The notes under the pieces: model-generated
The model's database searches: none
The model's input: the letters and a program-made list of their open reading frames with translations, nothing else
Told to the model about the DNA's origin: nothing
NCBI GenBank assembly: GCA_041650335.1
Contig: JBAZLK010000001.1
Location: 36,940 to 100,939, forward strand
From: Patescibacteria group bacterium
GTDB taxonomy: Bacteria; Patescibacteriota; Patescibacteriia; JAHIZJ01
Direction: 5' to 3'
Length of the DNA stretch: 64,000 nucleotides
Translations under genes and position numbers: made by a program
Part shown: piece by piece, positions 26,295-35,463 of the stretch
Layout of the letters: every line of letters begins with the position of its first letter
Numbering within the stretch: the stretch's first letter is position 1

Positions 26295-27506
26295 TCAGTA
26301 CTGCGCCCGTGCAGGTATTATAAGGGTTTTTTGACGATATTTCAAGTGGACGATTTGAGGCACGTGGGTCGGGGTCTGGAAAACCAGAATGAGACAAATG
26401 AGACAGTACAAGAGGGTGTCTCGTTTCTTGCCGAGATTGCGCTTTGCCAGCTCTAGTAAGGATTCTTCTCCCTCTGCGCCCCGCAGGCGGCCATTGAGGA
26501 AACCTAAGCGATATGTGACGCCGTCGCTCATCAAGTGCCAGTTCGTGCCTTCCAAAGCCTTCTTTAGGAGCTTTTGCAGGCCATGGACGCTATCATATTC
26601 GGATCGACCTGGTCGGTTATCTTGTAAGGTAAAGTCGATGCTGACGCCTCGCCGAAGCTCAGGCTTGCTGAATTCAAATTTACCGTATCCCGCTTTCTCG
26701 ACGATCGGTGTTAGCAAGCCCAGCAAATCAGCAATCGCCAGCTTCTTCATTTTTGCGACCATTTCGTAGGCTTCTTTGTTTTCTTCCTTGTCATTCAATT
26801 CCTTTGAAAATGCCGTCATCCGGTCGGTTTGGATCACGTACTCCGATCCCTCATTTTCCGACAGGCAGTATTTCTTTCGATCGGCTTCGAAATTCGGATC
26901 AATCGTTTCTTCCGCAGTTTTATCGTCGAGATTCAGCTTGTCCGTTTTCTTATGACCGCAGTTCGGGCAGGAATACACCGTGGTGATGATATTTTCTTTC
27001 CGGGAATTAGTCGACGTCATGTGTGCGGCGCATTTCGGACAAGGCGTGGGACGGGGTTGCCATTCTTCGCCGCCTACCCAGCACGCCCGACGTTTGCCGC
27101 AGTCCGGACAGCGAAAAAAGAAAAGGACGCGGTCTTTTTGACCGTCGACGCTTTCGTGCAGGTCGCAGTCGGTATATTCCATAATCGAGCCACACCCGAG
27201 ACAGCGGATACCGACTGGCTCGATGGCGGCAGCGATTCTTTCATCGCGCTTGCAATCCCGTTCCATCCAGCCGCGAATCGCTTCGGCTTTGTTCCGATAG
27301 CGCTCGCCCGTGATGAAATACATGGCGACATTGACGAAAAGATTCTCGTCAAACGGTTCTTTGGATGTATCCGACCGTTCTCGTTTCGCGTCCACCGCCG
27401 ATCTTCGCAATCTTATTTCCATTCGGCGGCACTCGTCGACAGTGAAACGGTCATAGAGGTCATTGTAATGAGATTCGACTTTGAGGTAGGGCATAAAATA
27501 TCGCAT
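26295..27506 (-). CDS. hypothetical multi-zinc-ribbon protein
   Basis: Three CxxC...CxxC pairs (CLGCGS..CDLH, CPDCGK, CPKC, CPNCGH). Confidence 0.5.
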   Translation of the reverse strand: MRYFMPYLKVESHYNDLYDRFTVDECRRMEIRLRRSAVDAKRERSDTSKEPFDENLFVNVAMYFITGERYRNKAEAIRGWMERDCKRDERIAAAIEPVGIRCLGCGSIMEYTDCDLHESVDGQKDRVLFFFRCPDCGKRRACWVGGEEWQPRPTPCPKCAAHMTSTNSRKENIITTVYSCPNCGHKKTDKLNLDDKTAEETIDPNFEADRKKYCLSENEGSEYVIQTDRMTAFSKELNDKEENKEAYEMVAKMKKLAIADLLGLLTPIVEKAGYGKFEFSKPELRRGVSIDFTLQDNRPGRSEYDSVHGLQKLLKKALEGTNWHLMSDGVTYRLGFLNGRLRGAEGEESLLELAKRNLGKKRDTLLYCLICLILVFQTPTHVPQIVHLKYRQKTLIIPARAQY

Positions 27507-28137
27507 TCAAGCTAAAATTCGCTTAGGGCGCTTAATAAGCAGTTTGGATTGAATGAAAAATCGACTGCTGTGGATAACTTAAGTATAATCCAATTTAGCT
27601 AACAAAAGCCAAAAAAATACGAAACGGATTTAAACGGTTAATATCCGTTGTCGTTCGTTTTCATTTCCTCGTCCATTGACCAGAAATGACCAGTATGTAT
27701 ACTCAAAACGTACGCTGAATTTGAAAGATTTGGCGCCACGAAGATTCATTAACGCAACCAAGAAAGGAACCAAAGCCCGAAAGGATTACACCCCGATGCG
27801 CGCCACGGAAGAACATCGGCGTACGTCGCGGGATCGAGCGACAAGCTCGTTATGTACCGCAGAGGCAGAGAGTGGTTTAAGCTAATGCTCGTCATGTAGC
27901 TTATATACCCCCACTCTTTCCGAATACTCGCCATACGTCTTGGCTCAAAAAACGCGCTAGCGTGAGGAAAGAGGTCGAACCGCGTGTGGGTACGACTCAA
28001 AGCTCCGCTAACGAACGAAGAGGCCCGGAGTAAATGACGAATTTTGGTCAGCCCCTAATCCTGGGAACCAATTTTAGTCGTTTATACTGCGCCTCTTTTT
28101 GCTTTGCCCTAAGGAGGCCAGGAAGGAGATCAACACC

Positions 28138-29460
28138 ATGAACAACCCAAACCTCAAAATCCACTACGTCGACGTCAACGAATTGAAACCGTCCGAGTAC
28201 AACCCCCGCGTCTGGGACAAGCAGGCCATCCACGATCTGACCGAGAGCATAAAGCGTTACGGTCTAGTTGAGCCACTGTTATGCAACGGTGCCTCCAGTC
28301 GTCGCAATATAGTCATAGGGGGTCACTTCCGACTGAAGATCGCAAAAGACCTCGGCATTGAGACAGCGCCGGTAGTGTACGTGAACATTCCTGACATCGA
28401 AAAGGAAAAAGAGCTGAACTTGCGTCTGAACAAAAATACGGGCGCATTCGACTTGGACCTGTTGGCGACACTCGATGAGCGTTTTCTCGCTGATATCGGT
28501 TTCTCCTCCGAAGAACTGGACGACATTTTCGAGATTGAAGAGACGCCGGGAGTGTTCGATCTTGAACGGGAGCTCAAGAAACTGGATATCAACAACATTG
28601 AAATCCAGAAAGGCGACGTCTACCGACTTGGAGACTCGAAAATCATGTGCGGTGACAGTACCATTGAAGCGGATATGCTGAAACTCATGAACGGCGAGAA
28701 GGCCGATATGTGCCTAACTGACGCGCCCTACATCCTCGATTATCTCAGGGGTAAAAAGAAAAACGGCAAGCCGACCGAGGGATTTGGATTCAAACGTGAT
28801 CGCAGGTACCTCGAGACGGACAGCTTGCCGGAGAACTTCAGCGAATTGTGGATGGGCAATGTCGCCAAGGTTCAGAAGGACGACTTCTCTATCATTGCGT
28901 ACGAAAATTGGAAGAATATTCCGACCATTTGGGGCGAGATGGCTAAACACTGGAAAATCAAGAACATGATCGTCTGGCACCTCCCGAACCGTACCCAAGG
29001 ATTCGCCGCTAAGTATAAATTCTTCTCCAAGCACGATATCGTCATGGTAGGCACGCAAGGGAATGTTGTCTTGAATCAAGAGTCGGAAGAGACGCTGCTT
29101 CAGAACGAATATGAAACGGCGCTGTACGCCATCTCGGGGAGGCCCCAATGGGAGGGCTATGAAAAGGGCAAGAAAATCTGCCCGACCGACTTCATCGAGT
29201 ACAACGCCGCGGATGAGAAGAGTTCAGGCCAAGGGATCATCTTCGGTACAAAACCCGTGCAGATACTTATCCCGTATCTCAAGGTACTAACCAAGCGGGG
29301 CGATCTCGTGCTAGAACCTTTCGGCGGGTCGGGCAGTACGTTAATCGCCGCCGAGAAAATGAACCGACGCTGCTTCCTAATGGAAAAATCTCCGGTCTAT
29401 GCCGAAGTCATCCGCAAGCGCTGGGAAAATCTGACTGGTCGTAAAGCAACAAAAATATGA
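28138..29460 (+). CDS. ParB-like nuclease domain fused to beta-class DNA (N6A/N4C) methyltransferase
   Basis: SD AAGGAGG..GGAGA upstream. The N-terminus carries NPR and GGHFRL ParB motifs. Motif IV is TDAPY (a DPPY variant) and precedes motif I LEPFGGSGST. Confidence 0.8.
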   Translation: MNNPNLKIHYVDVNELKPSEYNPRVWDKQAIHDLTESIKRYGLVEPLLCNGASSRRNIVIGGHFRLKIAKDLGIETAPVVYVNIPDIEKEKELNLRLNKNTGAFDLDLLATLDERFLADIGFSSEELDDIFEIEETPGVFDLERELKKLDINNIEIQKGDVYRLGDSKIMCGDSTIEADMLKLMNGEKADMCLTDAPYILDYLRGKKKNGKPTEGFGFKRDRRYLETDSLPENFSELWMGNVAKVQKDDFSIIAYENWKNIPTIWGEMAKHWKIKNMIVWHLPNRTQGFAAKYKFFSKHDIVMVGTQGNVVLNQESEETLLQNEYETALYAISGRPQWEGYEKGKKICPTDFIEYNAADEKSSGQGIIFGTKPVQILIPYLKVLTKRGDLVLEPFGGSGSTLIAAEKMNRRCFLMEKSPVYAEVIRKRWENLTGRKATKI

Positions 29461-29885
29461 ACGACCTTTATCAAGAAACCATCGAGCAAAGGCAGGTCAG
29501 AGACAAGGAATCGATCTTGGAATACTTGCGGAAGATGCCCATCGCGCAGATCGCCTGCGAGCGAGCCGGAATAGCCCGAGCCACCTACTACCGTTGGCGA
29601 AACGAGGATAAAGAATTCAAGAAAGCGGCGGACGAGGCAATGCGGGACGGCGAGGCATTCATCAACGACTTAAGCGAAAGCCAAGTCGTGACGCTGATTA
29701 AAGACCGGAACCTGCCAGCCATCACCCTATGGCTGAAGAATCATCATCCCGCGTATGCCGACAGGATCAAAGTGGAGGCGAGCATAAGCCGTACGGACGA
29801 GCCGTTGAGCGCGGAGGAGGAAAAGCTGGTGCGGCACGCGCTGGCCTGCCTGCGCGGAACCGCTAACGAGAAATCCAATGATTAA
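29457..29885 (+). CDS. phage terminase small subunit-like HTH protein
   Basis: HTH region AGIARATYYRWRNEDKEF. It overlaps the TerL start by 8 nt. Confidence 0.5.
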   Translation: MNDLYQETIEQRQVRDKESILEYLRKMPIAQIACERAGIARATYYRWRNEDKEFKKAADEAMRDGEAFINDLSESQVVTLIKDRNLPAITLWLKNHHPAYADRIKVEASISRTDEPLSAEEEKLVRHALACLRGTANEKSND

Positions 29886-31407
29886 CTTACCGCCCGACGT
29901 CAGCAAGGCGATCGCGGGCAACCAGAAGGTGCGTATAGCGATCGCGCGGCAAAGTCATCTTGCCTTCTTCACGGTCTATCTGCACAACTACATCAAATAC
30001 CCATTCGCACCGTTCCATGATGATCTGTTTGATATCACCGAGCGGAACGATAACCGTTATGCCGTGATTACCGCGTTTCGCGGATCGGGAAAATCCACGA
30101 TCCTCACGCTGTCATATCCGCTGTGGGCGATCATCGGACGGCCGCAAAAAAAGTTCGTGCTTATCTTGGGCAACACCATGCATCAGGCGCAAACCTACAT
30201 GAAGCACATCAAGAGCGAGTTGGAAGGGAACCTGCTGCTCCGTCGCGACCTCGGGCCATTTCAGGAGGAGAACAATTGGCAAGCGGCATCGATAGTCCTC
30301 CAAAAGTATGGCGCTCGCATCACTTGCGCTTCTTACGAGCAGGGCATACGCGGCCTGCGGCATCGGCAGTACCGTCCCGATCTCATCATTTGCGACGACA
30401 TCGAGGACTTGGATTCGGTCAAAACGCTGGAAAGCCGGGACCGAACGGCCGACTGGTTTAAGGGCGAAGTGCTACCCGCCGGAGACAGAAACACACGCGT
30501 CTTCGTCGTCGGAAACTTGTTGCATGAGGATTCCTTGATCATGCGCCTGCGGAAGGAAATCGAGGAGGGCCAGTTCGACGCCGATTATCGGGCATATCCT
30601 TTTCTCGACGAAGCGGGGAAAGCCGCGTGGCCGGGGAAGTTCCCTGATCAAGCGAGCATTGATGCGGAACGGCGAAAGATTAACGACGAGGCGGCCTTCC
30701 AGCGGGAGTACATGCTGAACATAATCCCTGACGTGGATCGGGTCATTCAGAAGGAGTGGATACGCTATTACGACGACCTGCCGGACGAGGAGTCGGGATG
30801 GCGATACGGTCGGGCGGGGATCGGGGTCGATCCGGCTTTGTCGCAGCGAGACGGCGCGGACCGCACGGCCATGGTCGCGGCGAAATCCTTCATCAAGGGA
30901 AAAGAGTTGCGGGTGTACGTCCTGCCGTATCCGGTGAACGAGCGGCTCACGCCGCTCCGGTCGATACAGCGGGCGAAGAAAGTCGCGAGTCGCGTCGAGT
31001 CGGGCCGAAAGACGCCCTTGTTCGTCGAGGACGTCGCCTTCCAGCGGCATCTCATCGATGACCTGAAAAAAGAAGGATATCCGGCCATCGGCGTGCCAAC
31101 GCGCGGCTTGGACAAGCGCGGCCGATTGCTTGCGGTGAGTCAGTACCTCGAGAATGGCCAGGTGTTTTTCCCTCGTCATGGAGCGGAAATCCTGATCAGC
31201 CAGCTCTTGGGATTCGGCGCGGAGCGGTACGATGATTTGGTGGACGCGTTCACGATCATCGTGGGCGAGCTGTTCCAGCACCCGCCCTCGCCGCCGCCAA
31301 CGTGGATGAACGACGATGATGATAACGATCCGCAAATCGACGACGGATTCGGTTATCCGACAGACGGCAAGCCGATCTTCTGGGACATTTTAAATAAGCA
31401 GTTCTAG
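29878..31407 (+). CDS. phage terminase large subunit
   Basis: Walker A AFRGSGKST and Walker B LIICDDIED. The C-terminal RNase H-like nuclease has GIGVDPA and DDLVDAF acidic motifs. Confidence 0.85.
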   Translation: MINLPPDVSKAIAGNQKVRIAIARQSHLAFFTVYLHNYIKYPFAPFHDDLFDITERNDNRYAVITAFRGSGKSTILTLSYPLWAIIGRPQKKFVLILGNTMHQAQTYMKHIKSELEGNLLLRRDLGPFQEENNWQAASIVLQKYGARITCASYEQGIRGLRHRQYRPDLIICDDIEDLDSVKTLESRDRTADWFKGEVLPAGDRNTRVFVVGNLLHEDSLIMRLRKEIEEGQFDADYRAYPFLDEAGKAAWPGKFPDQASIDAERRKINDEAAFQREYMLNIIPDVDRVIQKEWIRYYDDLPDEESGWRYGRAGIGVDPALSQRDGADRTAMVAAKSFIKGKELRVYVLPYPVNERLTPLRSIQRAKKVASRVESGRKTPLFVEDVAFQRHLIDDLKKEGYPAIGVPTRGLDKRGRLLAVSQYLENGQVFFPRHGAEILISQLLGFGAERYDDLVDAFTIIVGELFQHPPSPPPTWMNDDDDNDPQIDDGFGYPTDGKPIFWDILNKQF

Positions 31408-31785
31408 GAGGGCTCAAGGCGGAAAAGTTATCGACAAGTTGTCGACTGGACTTCCACGACCTTCGCGGTACCGTAGGAATAGCGGAATATCCTTGCAGAA
31501 GGCCTGAAAAAGGGGTAAACTGAGAGTAATTCGAGGCCTTCGGAAAAGGTTGTTTCGCCCGAATGTTCATTCTGCAATAACCATCTTTACCTAAACCGTT
31601 CTTCGGAACGGCATGGTATATAAAACCCTTGGAAGATACTGAACCCCGTGTTCAGCGACTCTTCCAAGGGTCATATCCCGAAAGGGGTATGGGCGGCCGA
31701 AAGGTTGCTAGCTGGCGCGGGGTTTTGTGTATCTGGAGCCAGCAACACTAATGGAACAACTTACTTCTTGAAGGGAGGTGATCAC

Positions 31786-32313
31786 ATGGCAGATGAAAAA
31801 CAACCGAAGAAGAAAGGCCGTAAAGGTCTCTGGATTACCTTAATCGTTGTCGTATTCGCGATTATCGGTTTGGCCAGCATGAACAAAGAAAACAAAAACG
31901 CGAATACGAATTCGACAGCGCAGGCGAACGTGACGGCGAAAAACGCTAATACTCAACAAGTCACTCTGGCAGAACATAAGGTAATACCAAAGGATACGCA
32001 CGGTACGACGAAGATTGTTTATGCGATAGTCAATCCGAATATCACCCGAGCGGAAGTCATCGCAATAAATGACTCGTTAATCAGTCAGTACTCCTCCGGC
32101 CTAACGCATCTCACGATCGAGTACTTCGATGACGAAACGGTTTCGGGGGACTACTTCAGTAAAATAACCGACCTGTTGAGTCAAGATAAGACGACAGAGG
32201 CTGATAATCTTGCGAAACACTATCTCGCGACCTACACCATGAATACAGTGTCAGGTCTTAACCAGCTTGAGTATAAAGAGAACGGAGAATTGGTATCGAT
32301 CAAGAATTATTAA
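31786..32313 (+). CDS. membrane-anchored protein with N/T-rich linker
   Basis: GGGAGGTG SD precedes the ATG at 31786. TM helix followed by NKENKNANTNST low-complexity sequence. Confidence 0.5.
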   Translation: MADEKQPKKKGRKGLWITLIVVVFAIIGLASMNKENKNANTNSTAQANVTAKNANTQQVTLAEHKVIPKDTHGTTKIVYAIVNPNITRAEVIAINDSLISQYSSGLTHLTIEYFDDETVSGDYFSKITDLLSQDKTTEADNLAKHYLATYTMNTVSGLNQLEYKENGELVSIKNY

Positions 32314-32381
32314 CATTGCGGGTATACAAAACCGCTTTCGATGAGAAAGTGGTTTTGTCATTATGGTTCAGTTGTTTTGCC

Positions 32382-33194
32382 CTAGAAGAGATCAAATGAT
32401 TCTTCGTTTGTTTGATGACGATTTTCCCTCTCTTGAGCACCAATGTCCCAGTCGAGATTCTCGCGTAATAGTTTGATATCTCGATTCTCTAAGTCCTGTA
32501 AGAAAGAATCTAACGCGTCAAAGTTTACAATATCAATTAAAAAATATTTCATGATATCAGTTGAGTCCCCGCTGCTTTTAGGTTGCTTGTATGAATAATC
32601 AATTTCAAGTTGGAATGGTTCGGTAATGGGAGCATGTCCCGAACTCGCATCACGCTTATGCAGGTTTTGTAGCGAATCAGTAATTATGAGAGGAAAATCA
32701 ACATGATAGGAGGAGGGGATGTTTCTCCCGTTACTAAAGAAAATAAGACCGTTGAGACATTGGTTCATCGCCTCGAAAACGTCATCACGGTTGCCGCTTT
32801 TTGCCGCTATTTTAGCAACGGGGACATTATCCACGTAATGATGCTTTGCTAAACCCTGATCCTGAGTAACATAATAATCCGGCTTATCGTTTAAAATGCT
32901 ATTATCCTTTGCCAATTCCGTAGCGGACTTCATATTCTTTTGTCTGAACCAAAAAACTACGGGATCCTTTATATGTTTACATTCAATAAATAGCCTGACG
33001 GCAAATACCTCGTTCCTAACTTTATACTTTTTCGTTGCGATAATATCAATTTCTCTAGGCTTCCCAGTCGCCGGATCGTTATAGTACGGACTGATAGTTG
33101 CCTCCCATTCGTGACTATGTAGAAAATCGGCGACTTTAAATTGCAAGTCGTTTCCACTATTATCAATTATTTCTTGGAATTTATCCTTAGTCAT
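32382..33194 (-). CDS. PD-(D/E)xK nuclease-family protein
   Basis: EIDIIATKK ... RLFIECKH matches the D...ExK core. Confidence 0.55.
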   Translation of the reverse strand: MTKDKFQEIIDNSGNDLQFKVADFLHSHEWEATISPYYNDPATGKPREIDIIATKKYKVRNEVFAVRLFIECKHIKDPVVFWFRQKNMKSATELAKDNSILNDKPDYYVTQDQGLAKHHYVDNVPVAKIAAKSGNRDDVFEAMNQCLNGLIFFSNGRNIPSSYHVDFPLIITDSLQNLHKRDASSGHAPITEPFQLEIDYSYKQPKSSGDSTDIMKYFLIDIVNFDALDSFLQDLENRDIKLLRENLDWDIGAQERENRHQTNEESFDLF

Positions 33195-33206
33195 ATACGG
33201 ATTAGC

Positions 33207-34721
33207 TCAAATATAAAGAGAAACCAACTCTTTCCATACCGCGACCATCGCGTAGGTGTCGAATCCGCAGTACTCTTTCAGATTACTGGCGATAGTTTTG
33301 CTTTCCTCCGGAGTAGTCGCCGGAGATACCATCTTCCACCATGCATCCGAGGCCTGTCCGCCTTCCTGAATAGCCAGATTCCCATATCGAAGGTCGGGCA
33401 TGAGGGCTGGCAGAACATATTTAATGGAATGACTTCCGAAGAATTTCGGATGAACGTAATGCTGTTTTTGGAATATTTCCATGAGGTCATAGATTCTCGC
33501 ATTCAGATCCTCAAGGAATTCTTGATGCTGAGGGTGTCGCGAAGCAAGCTCGCGATGAACTCCCATTTCGAAGCATTGATTCCATACTAATATCCGGCCC
33601 CCGTCTTGCACGTGTCGCTGGAGTGTAGCGATAACTTGCCCGGAAGGATCGCTTCGTTCTTCGTGGAGATACTCGTAATGCTTAAGCTCACCGTTTGGCG
33701 CATCAAGGACATGGAGCGACATCTGAAATGGAATCCGTTGGTACGGCTTGAAACCGTTGAATATCGGAATAGCGGGTGCGAAGGTCTCGTAGTCGAGAAA
33801 ATACAGCGGAAATGTCAATGCGCCGAGCTTCTCCTTGATCGTTTTCAGGTCGATCATGGACTGTTGCGTTTGGTGCGCTCGTACTTGATTCCATTGGATA
33901 TCGGAGAGCTCGGTATCCTCCGGCACGTGGGCGATGTCGAAAATACGGCGTTCAACGAATGTACGGAGCTTCTTCTTGCTTACTCCGATACGGGCGATAT
34001 CGTGAACCGAGTACTCTGGAACGTCGGGGTTGGAGTATGAAAAGGTCGTACAGTGGTTATTGCGTCCGAGATAAATGCACTGGCATTCACCGGCTGGTTC
34101 TTTTTCTTGCAGAAGGTAATTCTTCGCGGCGGTCATTTCAGCCTCTATTTTCGGCAGTCGCGCACGAACCTTTTCGGTTTCGTCCTCGATCACAAGGAGC
34201 TGCTCGATATCGAGATCGCCCTGACGGACGTAGTCTTTGTTCAGATGGATGATATTATATTTCCCTGTTCGTATTTTGGCTCGATTCAATACGGATACTT
34301 GGAACGCAACATCATCGATGTGGTCGCGATCGGAACCCTCTTTGAGCGAGTTGGTACCTTTGACTTCGTATAAGTCCCAGCACTCGTTGGTTTCGTCATA
34401 AGCGAGAATATCGTTCCGAGCGATGAAACCGTCGACGATAAAGGTCGCCTGAAACAAGGTCGGGACCTTTGATGTCATGTGCCGGATCGTCTCTTGGCAA
34501 GCTTCGTCGCCGTAACCCACGATCTCAATTCCGTCGGGGAAAAGATTGCGAGCGATTGAATCAACTTCGTTTCCTTGTTCCAGAAGGTGTTTCTCGAACT
34601 CTGAAAGCTGATAATGCTGGTGTAAGTCTGGACGGTGAAGTTTCAGCCAGGTGTTTTTTGAGCACTGTAAAAATTCGAGGAAGACTGTTTTTGAGATGAG
34701 AATTTGTGGACTATTTATCAT
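33207..34721 (-). CDS. DUF2779-like protein: Cas4/RecB-like PD-(D/E)xK nuclease N-domain (Cys cluster) + DEDD-type 3'-5' exonuclease C-domain
   Basis: N-terminal FIVDGFIARNDILAYDE...LYEVKG with ECQCIYLGRNNHC. C-terminal YFLDYETF...RIPFQMSLHV. Confidence 0.65.
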   Translation of the reverse strand: MINSPQILISKTVFLEFLQCSKNTWLKLHRPDLHQHYQLSEFEKHLLEQGNEVDSIARNLFPDGIEIVGYGDEACQETIRHMTSKVPTLFQATFIVDGFIARNDILAYDETNECWDLYEVKGTNSLKEGSDRDHIDDVAFQVSVLNRAKIRTGKYNIIHLNKDYVRQGDLDIEQLLVIEDETEKVRARLPKIEAEMTAAKNYLLQEKEPAGECQCIYLGRNNHCTTFSYSNPDVPEYSVHDIARIGVSKKKLRTFVERRIFDIAHVPEDTELSDIQWNQVRAHQTQQSMIDLKTIKEKLGALTFPLYFLDYETFAPAIPIFNGFKPYQRIPFQMSLHVLDAPNGELKHYEYLHEERSDPSGQVIATLQRHVQDGGRILVWNQCFEMGVHRELASRHPQHQEFLEDLNARIYDLMEIFQKQHYVHPKFFGSHSIKYVLPALMPDLRYGNLAIQEGGQASDAWWKMVSPATTPEESKTIASNLKEYCGFDTYAMVAVWKELVSLYI

Positions 34722-35446
34722 AAAGCAACCTTAGGAGACGATGTTCTAAACTGGCTTATTCTTTCAATGTGCTGATTGCGAAACAATTTGAATTTATCTT
34801 TCCATTCAATATTAAGCAAATCCTTAAAACATAGTTCTATAATCTCTAGAATCAAGATATAACAATGAATTGTATATAGGATAGACCGATGAAGATTTGG
34901 TAAATCATTAATATCGGAGAAGATATTTTGATGATGATTCTTGTCAACTGTTATACGACTAAATATTGTCGATGAAAAATTTGAGTGTGTACCGTACTCT
35001 CGAGTTAAGTTATATGCGTCCTTGATTTTGTCGGTCTCTCGCCCCACCCATCTTGGTGAAAATGCCTTTTTAAAACCCTCGGTATCGTGCCGCTTCAACA
35101 GCCAGATTTTTGATTTTACTGGTGATATTCGTATGTGGTTTGCATAACCCGCGGCCTCAAGGGATCGACTAGTCATAGAATACGATTCTGCGATATGGGC
35201 TGAAAATATTAATTCCGAAGAACAGAAAAGACCTCTCAAGGAAATCCAGAATAACTCATATTCCACGAGTTTATTTTCTGGTACCGTAGACCCTAGCGCC
35301 TCTGTAAACGTGCAATACAAATCGATGAGCTGATTAACAGCACTAGTCTCGGCAGGAAAGTGCTGTGTCGTAGCTTTTACGTTTACGTTGTTTAATTCCG
35401 AGATTTTGGCAATATCAAGCGGCATTCTCGTCGAAATGTTATCCAT
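34718..35446 (-). CDS. hypothetical protein (AT-rich), translationally coupled to the DUF2779-like gene
   Basis: 4-nt overlap with the downstream start. No recognisable motif. Confidence 0.45.
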   Translation of the reverse strand: MDNISTRMPLDIAKISELNNVNVKATTQHFPAETSAVNQLIDLYCTFTEALGSTVPENKLVEYELFWISLRGLFCSSELIFSAHIAESYSMTSRSLEAAGYANHIRISPVKSKIWLLKRHDTEGFKKAFSPRWVGRETDKIKDAYNLTREYGTHSNFSSTIFSRITVDKNHHQNIFSDINDLPNLHRSILYTIHCYILILEIIELCFKDLLNIEWKDKFKLFRNQHIERISQFRTSSPKVAL

Positions 35447-35463
35447 TTTTTAATACTTATGTA

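Noticed and set aside
27985-28010. GGTCGAACC segment resembling a tRNA T-arm, a possible tRNA-fragment att site
   Set aside because: The flanking sequence does not form a T-stem or acceptor stem, and no matching direct repeat of the tRNA-Ser 3' end could be aligned by eye.
30472-31335. 287-aa antisense ORF inside the terminase large-subunit gene
   Set aside because: Shadow ORF in a GC-rich region. TerL motifs are on the plus strand.
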